A DNA stretch of 64,000 nt from Candidatus Falkowbacteria bacterium (GTDB lineage Bacteria; Patescibacteriota; Patescibacteriia; Patescibacteriales; UBA12075), in NCBI GenBank assembly GCA_003514005.1, contig DOSJ01000018.1:33105-97104 (forward strand), written 5' to 3'. The notes under the pieces were generated by a model that saw nothing but the letters and a program-made list of their open reading frames with translations, searched no databases and was not told the DNA's origin. This document shows, piece by piece, positions 9,235 through 16,992 of this stretch. Position 1 is the first letter of the stretch; each line of letters opens with the position of its first letter. The translations under genes and the position numbers were made by a program.

Positions 9235-10251
9235 TCATCTTTTTTTCATTTTTTTCTCCACCTTTTTCTGAACTGAAGTAATCGCATCTAAATACGCTTT
9301 TTCAACTTCACTAAAGGTTTTGGCTTGATATTTTTTGTATTCTCCTTTTGCTTTTTCCACTGCATCTTCGCGGCTCACTGTACCAGCATCAAGCAAAATC
9401 CGCTCGCCAGTGGCGGACAAAATATCATCCAACTGTTTAATATAATCTTTCATATACATTGGTCGCTGTTTCATGGCTTGAACTTCTGCAAAATCAAAAT
9501 AACCAGAAACCAAATTATTCAAAATCTTTAATTCCTTGTCTGTTAAATAATTCTTAGCAATGGCGATATCGCTTTTTACAACTCCGCCTTTTGAAAAAGT
9601 CAAAAGACCCATAAATGGCTTTCCGGCATCGGCACGCTCAATAATTACCTCCGCGGCCGTATGTCCATGAGCAGCATAATGTAGTTTATTTTGCACGATT
9701 TTAAAAAACAAAACAGATTCTGAGGCCTTTGGACTATAATCAATACTAGTAGCATAGAGATCAAGAATTTGACGATATAAAACCTTCTCGCTACTACGAA
9801 TATCGCGAATGCGATCCAAAAGCTCTTTCCAATATCCACCACCACCCAAATTTTTCAAACGCTCATCGTCCATAACAAAACCTTTGACAATATATTCCTT
9901 TAATCGTGTTGTTGCCCATTGGCGAAATTTGGTAGCAGTGCTGGAATTTACACGATAGCCAATTGCAATAATCATCTCTAGGTTATAAAATGGCAATTCA
10001 CGCTCTACGTTACGACCACCTTCCATTCGAACCTGTCGGAATTTCCGACAAGTTGCTAAATCATCCATTTCTTGATCTTTGTAAATATGCTTGATATGTT
10101 CAACAATATTAGTACGAGAAGATTGATAAAGTTCAGCAATCTGTTGCTGACTTAGCCATACATTTTCTTCCACGAGACGCACCTGAATGCTCAGTTGGCC
10201 ATTGCCACCTTCATAGATTATAATTTCACTGTTTAGTTGATTATTTTTCAT
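9235..10251 (-). CDS. RhuM-family (virulence-associated) protein
   Basis: IIIYEGGNGQLSIQVRLVEENVWLSQQQIAELYQSSRTNIVEHIKHIY and AIGYRVNSSTATKFRQWATTRLKEY resemble the RhuM family consensus. Confidence 0.75.
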   Translation of the reverse strand: MKNNQLNSEIIIYEGGNGQLSIQVRLVEENVWLSQQQIAELYQSSRTNIVEHIKHIYKDQEMDDLATCRKFRQVRMEGGRNVERELPFYNLEMIIAIGYRVNSSTATKFRQWATTRLKEYIVKGFVMDDERLKNLGGGGYWKELLDRIRDIRSSEKVLYRQILDLYATSIDYSPKASESVLFFKIVQNKLHYAAHGHTAAEVIIERADAGKPFMGLLTFSKGGVVKSDIAIAKNYLTDKELKILNNLVSGYFDFAEVQAMKQRPMYMKDYIKQLDDILSATGERILLDAGTVSREDAVEKAKGEYKKYQAKTFSEVEKAYLDAITSVQKKVEKKMKKR

Positions 10252-10379
10252 ATGATTTATATATCTCTAATTATAACATTTAATTCATTATATGCAAAAG
10301 CTAATACACTGCATATTTATAGGACTTCCAAAATCCCAAATTCATGCTATCATTTACCTATAATTAAAAATAGATAAAA

Positions 10380-12170
10380 ATGTCTTCCCTCCTCCATATC
10401 AAAAAAATATCAAAATCATTCGGACCGCGTTTACTTTTTTCTGAGGCGAGTTTTATGGTTGATAAAAAACAAAAGATTGGGGTGATTGGTATAAACGGGG
10501 CTGGAAAGACTACTCTTCTCAAAATAATACTGGGTGAGGAAAAATTTGATAGTGGTGAGATAATTATTTTTGAAAATACTCGGATCGGATATCTGGAACA
10601 GCAGAATAAATTTGAGGATAATGAAACCGTTCTTGAATACCTGATACGCGACTGTAAAAAGGAGTCGTGGGAATGCGCAAAAATTGCCGGCAATTTTCAA
10701 TTAAAAAACGAATTGTTGGAAACAAAAATCTCCGCCCTTTCCGGAGGCTACCAAATGCGCGTTCGCCTTGCCGCCATGCTTCTGCGCGACCCGAATCTTT
10801 TGCTCCTGGACGAACCGACAAATCATCTTGATCTAAGCACGCTCCTCCTTTTGGAAAATTTTTTAAAAACATACAACGGTTCGTATCTGATTATTTCACA
10901 TGACAGAGAGTTTTTGCACAATACATGCGACAGAACTCTAGAGGTTGACCAAGGAAAATTTTATTCATTCCCCTGCTCCTTGGATGCATATTTGGATCAA
11001 AAAGAACTAAAGAAAAAAACCGATGAGCGCTACAACAAAAAAATTCGACTCCGCCAAAAACATTTACAATCATTTGTTGATCGTTTTCAATACAAAGCCT
11101 CCAAAGCCGCACAAGCGCAGGCAAAGATAAAACAAATTAAACGTCTGACCGAAGTAGAGATTCGGCAATCACTAAAAAACGCCAAGATTGTTATTCCAAC
11201 GGTTGAGGACAAAAAAGGTCTTGCACTCCGACTCGAGAACCTTAGCATTGGCTATGACAAAAAAATTATTGCAAATAATATTACAATCGACATTGATCGC
11301 GGTAATCACATCGCGGTTCTGGGTGACAATGGACAAGGCAAAACCACTTTTCTCAAAACACTAAATAACGAGCTAACAAAAATATCCGGTAATCTGCGCT
11401 GGATGCCAAACACAAAAATCGCAAGCTATAGCCAGCACTCGGCCGGAGAGTTGAATCCAAAAGAACAAATCGGCTCTTATCTCGAAAGACAGGCCGGAGC
11501 AAATGTTACAAGCGAAGATATCCTGCGAATTGCGGGCAACTTTCTCTTTTTTGGTGACGATATCAAAAAAAGTATTGCTATTCTTTCAGGTGGCGAAAAA
11601 GCCCGCCTCTGTATTGCCGGTATGCTTTTGCAAAATTGCAACGTCCTCCTCTTGGATGAACCAACTAATCATCTTGATTTTGAAACCGTAGAAATGCTCG
11701 CGTTAGCTCTTCGCCAAAGCCGGGCCACAATCCTGTTCATAAGCCACAACCGCGATTTTATCCATAGTCTCGCAGATACCATCATTGAGGTTGATAACGG
11801 CACAGTTAAACTAACTAATTACACATACGAAGAATATCTACATCACCTCTATTTAAAATCTGATCTAGATGACACGCCCAAAACCGAAAATGATCCTTTT
11901 GGTTCCGAAGCGCTCAAAGAAATAGAAAAAGAAAAACGAAAAATTATCCGCGAAAAAAAGAACGAACTTCAAAAAGAATTAAAAAAATTAAAAAACAGCC
12001 TCGAATACAACAAAACCGTTGAACAAAAACTTTTCAAAGAATACGAAACCGCCAACTACCTCTACTCCCGCGAACGGGATGAGAAAATTAAGAAGATTAA
12101 GGATTTAATTATTGAGGAAGAGATTGGTGTGATGGAAATTGAGGAGGAGATTTTAGGATTGGAAAATTAG
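10380..12170 (+). CDS. ABC-F family ATPase (two ABC domains, Lys/Glu-rich coiled-coil tail)
   Basis: Two Walker A motifs (GINGAGKTT, GDNGQGKTT), two signatures (LSGGYQMR, LSGGEKAR), two LLLDEPTNHLD motifs, and no TM segments. Confidence 0.9.
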   Translation: MSSLLHIKKISKSFGPRLLFSEASFMVDKKQKIGVIGINGAGKTTLLKIILGEEKFDSGEIIIFENTRIGYLEQQNKFEDNETVLEYLIRDCKKESWECAKIAGNFQLKNELLETKISALSGGYQMRVRLAAMLLRDPNLLLLDEPTNHLDLSTLLLLENFLKTYNGSYLIISHDREFLHNTCDRTLEVDQGKFYSFPCSLDAYLDQKELKKKTDERYNKKIRLRQKHLQSFVDRFQYKASKAAQAQAKIKQIKRLTEVEIRQSLKNAKIVIPTVEDKKGLALRLENLSIGYDKKIIANNITIDIDRGNHIAVLGDNGQGKTTFLKTLNNELTKISGNLRWMPNTKIASYSQHSAGELNPKEQIGSYLERQAGANVTSEDILRIAGNFLFFGDDIKKSIAILSGGEKARLCIAGMLLQNCNVLLLDEPTNHLDFETVEMLALALRQSRATILFISHNRDFIHSLADTIIEVDNGTVKLTNYTYEEYLHHLYLKSDLDDTPKTENDPFGSEALKEIEKEKRKIIREKKNELQKELKKLKNSLEYNKTVEQKLFKEYETANYLYSRERDEKIKKIKDLIIEEEIGVMEIEEEILGLEN

Positions 12171-12231
12171 TGAAATTATAAAAGCGACAAAGACTATTGC
12201 TTTGTCGCTTAAATATTTTAGCTGATCCAAA

Positions 12232-13308
12232 CTATACTCCTGAACTAAAATAATTTTCCACCGCAAACTCAAATTGTTGAATAAAAATTTCTTTCATATA
12301 AGAAACATTATTTTGTTCATAAAATAACAACATAGCTTTTTTGTATTCAACACTATCAACATTGCGATAAGATAGCATGGATTTATCATGGGCGTGTAAA
12401 ACTGCATTAGCAATAATGCGTGAGGTGCGCTTGTTGCCATCTTCAAATGGATGAATATACGCAATCATCACAAGAATAATAAAAGATTTTACAAAGGGGT
12501 TCGCTACCTCAACAAGAGATTCTGCTAATTTTTTCATAGCATCTTCAATGGCTTTTTTTCTCGGCAGAGGTCTATAAATCGTTCCAGTAATTCCAACTGG
12601 ATGATCCCTAAAATCTCTTTTAATATCTATTTTTTCCGTTAAGAGCTCATGGATTTTTATGATTTTATCCGGGTTGATAATTTTAAAATAATCTTTGTTA
12701 GCTAAAATAAAATCAAGTGTTTTTTTATGATTTAATATCATTTGCGCTTCTGCTCTATCTTTCCCTTTGGCAAAACGCATTTCCCTAATCAATGCCTCCG
12801 TTTCAAGTAAGGTATAGGTGTTACCTTCGATCTCTGAGGATTTCCAGGATAGCTCTATTATCAAGCGCTCCCACTCTTTTCTAAGGATAACCGGGCTGTC
12901 TTTGGTCAACTTATTGCTTGTATTAATATATTTTTTATTAATTTTTTCCAGTCTTTCTATTTCATCTTCTGAAAAAAGACCGTTATTCAGTATATAAAAA
13001 ATTTCCTCATTAAATGATGATTTTGCTTCTCTATCTGAAAAAGGTCGCGAAAAATATTTGTCCACATCAATTTTTTCAAGCGTCAAATATTGTCTGGAAA
13101 TATTATAAGAAATCGATCGTCCTTTTCCATGTTTTTCTAGAATGTTGTTTTTTTCTAAAAATGATAAATCGCGAACAACAGTCAGTCGTAAGACGCCAAA
13201 TTCTTTTTCGATAACAGGAAACACATCACCAGTTTGAAAGGTCTTTTCTTTCTTGGCAAAATCAATAATAGATTTTTGCCGATCATTCAATGTGGAGTAA
13301 AATGACAT
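12232..13308 (-). CDS. Fic-family protein with N-terminal winged-HTH
   Basis: Fic motif HPFEDGNKRTSR, inhibitory-type motif SSEIEGN, and an N-terminal HTH-like segment LRLTVVRDLSFLEKNNILEKHGKGRS. Confidence 0.85.
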   Translation of the reverse strand: MSFYSTLNDRQKSIIDFAKKEKTFQTGDVFPVIEKEFGVLRLTVVRDLSFLEKNNILEKHGKGRSISYNISRQYLTLEKIDVDKYFSRPFSDREAKSSFNEEIFYILNNGLFSEDEIERLEKINKKYINTSNKLTKDSPVILRKEWERLIIELSWKSSEIEGNTYTLLETEALIREMRFAKGKDRAEAQMILNHKKTLDFILANKDYFKIINPDKIIKIHELLTEKIDIKRDFRDHPVGITGTIYRPLPRKKAIEDAMKKLAESLVEVANPFVKSFIILVMIAYIHPFEDGNKRTSRIIANAVLHAHDKSMLSYRNVDSVEYKKAMLLFYEQNNVSYMKEIFIQQFEFAVENYFSSGV

Positions 13309-13397
13309 AATTGTATCATTTATAGGTATTAATATAGTTTAATTGTATCATTTATGATATAAATAGTCAATATATATACTTCAAAATGATACAATTA
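13308..13397 (-). promoter_or_regulatory. Fic promoter with three copies of a 15-16 nt operator-like site
   Basis: taattgtatcatttat at 13308-13323 and 13340-13355; the inverted copy aaaatgatacaatta at 13383-13397. Minus-strand TTGACT (13370-13365), N17, TACAAT (13347-13342) overlaps the middle site. Confidence 0.55.
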
Positions 13398-13479
13398 AGC
13401 CAAAATAACAGGATTAGAGCCGCTAGATTTAGGATCTTATTAAATAAAAATGAGGCTTTGACCTCAATTAATCTCTCTT

Positions 13480-13565
13480 GGCTCGGGGATAGGGATTCCC
13501 CGCCCGAGGCGGGTGCGCCTTTGGGCGTAGAACACGAATAAACAGGACCAGAACCTGCTGTCTTA
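13480..13565 (-). pseudogene. tRNA-Gln remnant (3' two-thirds, with a 31-nt insertion in the T-loop)
   Basis: Matches the intact gene over 13480-13498 and 13537-13565. Interrupted by cccgcccgaggcgggtgcgcctttgggcgta. The 5' acceptor and D arm are missing. Confidence 0.8.
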
Positions 13566-13621
13566 TCATTAAAAGATTATCTATGTATAGTTATTAACAA
13601 AATTTCAAACAAATAAAAAAT

Positions 13622-13793
13622 AAAAAACAGCCTTGAACACAACAAAGCCGTTGAACAAAAACTTTTCAAAGAATACGAAACCGCCAACTATCTCTATTCC
13701 CACGAACGAGATGAAAAGATGAAAAAAATTTAGGATGTTATTTTTGAGGAGATCAGGGTGATGGAAATTGAGGAGGAGATTTTGGGGATATAA
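13622..13793 (+). pseudogene. Degenerate duplicate of the ABC-F 3' end
   Basis: Aligns by eye to 11992-12170 with scattered substitutions. It has an in-frame TAG (KKI*DV). Confidence 0.8.
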
Positions 13794-13805
13794 AAAGAGA
13801 TATAT

Positions 13806-13874
13806 AAAAATACATCGGCAAGCCACACTCCGGCCTGCCACGAGATGCGCCTTGCGCATTTTTCGCGGCTCGGG
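13806..13874. repeat. 69-bp direct repeat, copy 1 (tRNA-Gln 3' flank plus last 8 nt of the gene)
   Basis: aaaaatacatcggcaagccacactccggcctgccAcgagatgcgccttgcgcatttttcgcggctcggg, with 1 mismatch to 16721-16789. Confidence 0.85.
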
Positions 13875-13910
13875 TCGTGGATGTTGTTAAAACTGAATTA
13901 AGTCAAGGTT

Positions 13911-14342
13911 TTATTGGCTATCTTTATTAATTCCAAAACCTAGCCAATTGTACCATTTCCATTGCCATGAAGACTGCCCTATTTCCAGACTCATATTCTT
14001 TGGATCAACATTAGCTTCGAATATATTTCCCTCTGCATACACCGTGCCTCTGATTTTTTGTTCATCTATAGACAGAGGAATATTGTTGTTGTCTAATTCA
14101 TGGCCTCGAAAACGATAGCAAAATTCCCCAAAATTTTTATTTTGACTGAATTCATTATTATAAGTTTTTTCTAAAAAAGTCCAAGCGTCACTTCTTGTTT
14201 TTTGCGATAAAAATAATTTATAATTAGTGCTAAAAATGTAATTCAAAACCACAATTAAACTAACAACTCCCAAAAGCGCTAAAAACACAACAACAAAAAT
14301 TGACGCACGTTTAATAATTATATTTTTAAAAATATTGTTCAT
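13911..14342 (-). CDS. Hypothetical membrane-anchored protein
   Basis: 143 aa with one N-terminal TM segment (IFVVVFLALLGVVSLIVVL). No recognisable motifs. Confidence 0.5.
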   Translation of the reverse strand: MNNIFKNIIIKRASIFVVVFLALLGVVSLIVVLNYIFSTNYKLFLSQKTRSDAWTFLEKTYNNEFSQNKNFGEFCYRFRGHELDNNNIPLSIDEQKIRGTVYAEGNIFEANVDPKNMSLEIGQSSWQWKWYNWLGFGINKDSQ

Positions 14343-14814
14343 ATTTTTTATATTTTTACTTAAATTATAAATTTCACAGAGATGTTGTTATTATATCATA
14401 GTTTTTTAGACATTACCATTCTTTAAAAATTTTGTTAAAAAAATACCGGCAGGAAATTTTTTCCCGCCGGTTCGATTCGTTTATTTGGCTATAAGCAGTC
14501 GATATCTTCTCTGTTCCAGAAGCCGGAAACAATCGTTATCCATGTATCTCCGGCAACATATTCATTATCGATAATCGTGCCACAATTGTCCGCGTCTCTT
14601 TCATTATATGTGCCACCTACAACAAGATGGTATACGCCGGGGCCGAGAGAAATGATGTAATATCCACAATAACTTGCCATGGTCTGGGTAACATACTGCC
14701 CTAAACTATTGTAGACTCTCACGACAGCATCTTGCACAAAGCAATCATTTGCACCATCTCTCCAGGCATACACAATACCATACACCCCTTGATCTGCTTG
14801 GGCAACTTCAACGG

Positions 14815-16002
14815 TTAGCGGCGTAATAGCGATGACCGCAACGGGTAATTAGTCAAAACATTTTGTGATATTTGTTCAAGAATATTTTTGTGATAAGCAA
14901 TGTGGAATGTCGTAAAAAGGTGTTGATAAAAATTATCTAGAATTATACAGGGAAATCTACATATACTCTCGGCGTTCATAATGCCGAGAGTTTTTAATTT
15001 TTCAATCGGTGATAATCCGTTCATTCCGATACCATCATTTGACCTGTTATTGTAATAAATAATCCATTTTTGCCCCTCAATGATAAAAATTGACTTAGTG
15101 TTGATTTTTTCGCCTACGGGGCAATAAAACTCTTCGTCATCGGTTCTGTGTGTTCGTTCAACTAAATTTTGTTTCCATTTACAGCCACCATGATCGTAAA
15201 CATGAGCATTGTATTGTCTAAACTGTTCATTCCATTTTTTAGTTTTAATTTTTGACATGGAACAAAATTCAGACCCGCCATCAAATTGTACATTTATTTT
15301 TGTTGATATTCCATGGCTTCTGAGCCAAAATACAACTAATTTCAAAAATTCAAATCCAAGCAGGCTGTTGCGGGCATATGACCAAGCAAGGAATCTCGTT
15401 TTAGTTTTAGCATCTACTAAAGTCCATTGATATATCGGTAACTGCTCATTGTTTTTAAATTTTTCGTAAATTTCTTTCGGTAGAGCATGTTTATCCAGTA
15501 TCTCCTTGGTGTCATATTGCATAAATTCAAATGCAGCAATTTCATCATAATTATATAATTGTCTCCGTTCACCATTGTACGTTCTTATCCGTTTGGTTTT
15601 AAGTTCACGTCTTTTAAAAACTCCTTTTATTTTTCCAATTGTAAAAACATCAGTGTCATACCCAGCTCTTTTTAAGTGCTTGAAAATTCTCTTAGCTCCA
15701 CCGTTAGTTTTTTCATGTTTTTCTAATATTATTTTTTCATTTTTAGAATCCAAACAGCGATTATGCTTTTTGGGTTTACGACTATTATTTTTTAGAAATT
15801 CAAATGTATTATTCAATAACTCTAAATTGATCTGTTTATTTGTGTTTAAATAATCTGCTATCCGAGGATTGTCTTTTATTTTTTCTTTGCATAAACGAAT
15901 TATTTGATTAACAGTGTTGTAATGGCAATTAATATGGCGAGAAATATCTCTTTGTTTTTTACCTCCAGAAAAATACAAACGAGCAATTTTAAATTTAGTC
16001 AT
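14815..16002 (-). CDS. DDE (rve-type) transposase with N-terminal HTH
   Basis: YDTKEI (D), VQFDGGSEF (D) and NLVERTHRTDDEEF (E, the ERxHRT signature typical of IS481/IS3-like integrase cores). ATG at 16002 has an AGGAGA SD. The ORF has no stop inside the IS and ends 27 nt into flanking DNA. Confidence 0.8.
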   Translation of the reverse strand: MTKFKIARLYFSGGKKQRDISRHINCHYNTVNQIIRLCKEKIKDNPRIADYLNTNKQINLELLNNTFEFLKNNSRKPKKHNRCLDSKNEKIILEKHEKTNGGAKRIFKHLKRAGYDTDVFTIGKIKGVFKRRELKTKRIRTYNGERRQLYNYDEIAAFEFMQYDTKEILDKHALPKEIYEKFKNNEQLPIYQWTLVDAKTKTRFLAWSYARNSLLGFEFLKLVVFWLRSHGISTKINVQFDGGSEFCSMSKIKTKKWNEQFRQYNAHVYDHGGCKWKQNLVERTHRTDDEEFYCPVGEKINTKSIFIIEGQKWIIYYNNRSNDGIGMNGLSPIEKLKTLGIMNAESICRFPCIILDNFYQHLFTTFHIAYHKNILEQISQNVLTNYPLRSSLLRR

Positions 16003-16265
16003 TATTTCTCCTTCTGCTTTGCAATTTTCCTTGTAAGGCATTAGAATAGGATAAAAGGGCATATATTTGTTAAATGTAATTATTAGTCTAACTACATTTT
16101 AACGCATATGTCCTTTTTTGTTACTTGAGCATTATCTTAAAATGCTTATCAATGAAAAATATTTGCCAATATCGATAATTCCAGGCATGTTTTTCCCGAA
16201 AAATCTTCAAAAATTTTCTAATTATTATTTTGTAAAATATCACATTATGTATTATACCTTCTACG
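14844..16265 (-). mobile_element. IS481-like insertion sequence (single DDE/rve transposase)
   Basis: Flanked by a perfect 15-bp direct repeat gcgatgaccgcaacg (14829-14843 and 16266-16280). Imperfect ~31-bp terminal inverted repeats share ..acat..tgtgatattt. Confidence 0.8.
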
Positions 16266-16597
16266 GCGATGACCGCAACGAACAAAAAAGCAAGAACAGC
16301 CAAAAATTTTTTCATGATTATTCTCCTTTTGCTTGAGGATTAATTGGAATGAACAAAAAAAATCCGACCGATTTTTTATCTCACCTCCTTTCTTTTTCTA
16401 ATCGGCGGATAACAATATTATAATGATATCTAAATAAAAAATAAATGTCAAATTTTTTATTTAATTATAGCCAAAAAAATAAAATAATTATAAAGAAATT
16501 ATAAAATTTTAATAAAAATCTAAAAAAATAAAATTAATTATCTAGTCTAGATATCTAGTCTAAGCCTAATTATTATTATAATTCAATTATAACACAA

Positions 16598-16624
16598 AAA
16601 CACGTCTAAATAAACGTGTTTTTT
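16598..16624 (-). terminator. Bidirectional hairpin terminator
   Basis: aaacacgt (16598-16605) / acgtgttt (16614-16621), flanked by A and T runs. Confidence 0.4.
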
Positions 16625-16720
16625 GTACTGTGGCTAGTGCGGTTATTGTTCACGAGCCGCGTAAAGAGGCTTCGCCTCCACGCGGCCGCTCAAAATGCGC
16701 AAAAACCATTAAGCAAATAA

Positions 16721-16789
16721 AAAAATACATCGGCAAGCCACACTCCGGCCTGCCGCGAGATGCGCCTTGCGCATTTTTCGCGGCTCGGG
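16721..16789. repeat. 69-bp direct repeat, copy 2 (abuts and overlaps the intact tRNA-Gln 3' end)
   Basis: See copy 1 at 13806-13874. Confidence 0.85.
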
Positions 16790-16854
16790 GATAGGGATTC
16801 GAACCCCAATAAACAGGACCAGAACCTGCTGTCTTACCGTTGGACGATCCCCGA
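16784..16854 (-). tRNA. tRNA-Gln (anticodon CUG)
   Basis: Hand-folded cloverleaf. Acceptor UCGGGGA/UCCCCGA (U1-A72 pair), anticodon stem GCAGG/CCUGU, loop UUCUGGU, T arm UGGGG-UUCGAAU-CCCUA. CCA is not fully encoded (CCG). Confidence 0.9.
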
Positions 16855-16863
16855 AAAAAAATT

Positions 16864-16966
16864 AAAATGTAAATCTCAAAATGTAAAATGACAGTTTAAA
16901 ATGAAAAATGGAATAAACAAATTTTAAATTTAACATTGTCATTTTACATTTTGAGATTTACATTTT
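16864..16966. repeat. Perfect 30-bp inverted repeat built from aaatgta-type heptamers
   Basis: aaaatgtaaatctcaaaatgtaaaatgaca (16864-16893) and its exact reverse complement (16937-16966), with a 43-nt spacer. Confidence 0.85.
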
Positions 16967-16992
16967 ACATAGATATTATAAACCTATATTCT

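Larger units (their letters stand above)
14489..16315 (-). pseudogene. Small secreted-protein gene split by IS insertion
   Basis: The 5' part (16315-16266) encodes MKKFLAVLAFLFVAVIA. The 3' part continues in frame from 14843 (VAVIAITPLTVEVAQADQGVYGIVYAW...). Joining at the 15-bp duplication restores a canonical signal peptide with an AQA cleavage site. Confidence 0.8.

Noticed and set aside
10380-12170. ABC-F as an antibiotic-resistance (ARE) determinant because of its island-like neighbours
   Set aside because: The inter-domain linker does not look extended by eye. The duplicated-flank evidence suggests ABC-F is ancestral at this locus and that the neighbours are the insertions. Subfamily assignment needs a phylogeny.
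13605-13859. 84-aa minus-strand ORF
   Set aside because: It runs antisense across the degenerate ABC-F 3' duplicate and the 69-bp repeat. It is an artefact of the duplicated sequence.
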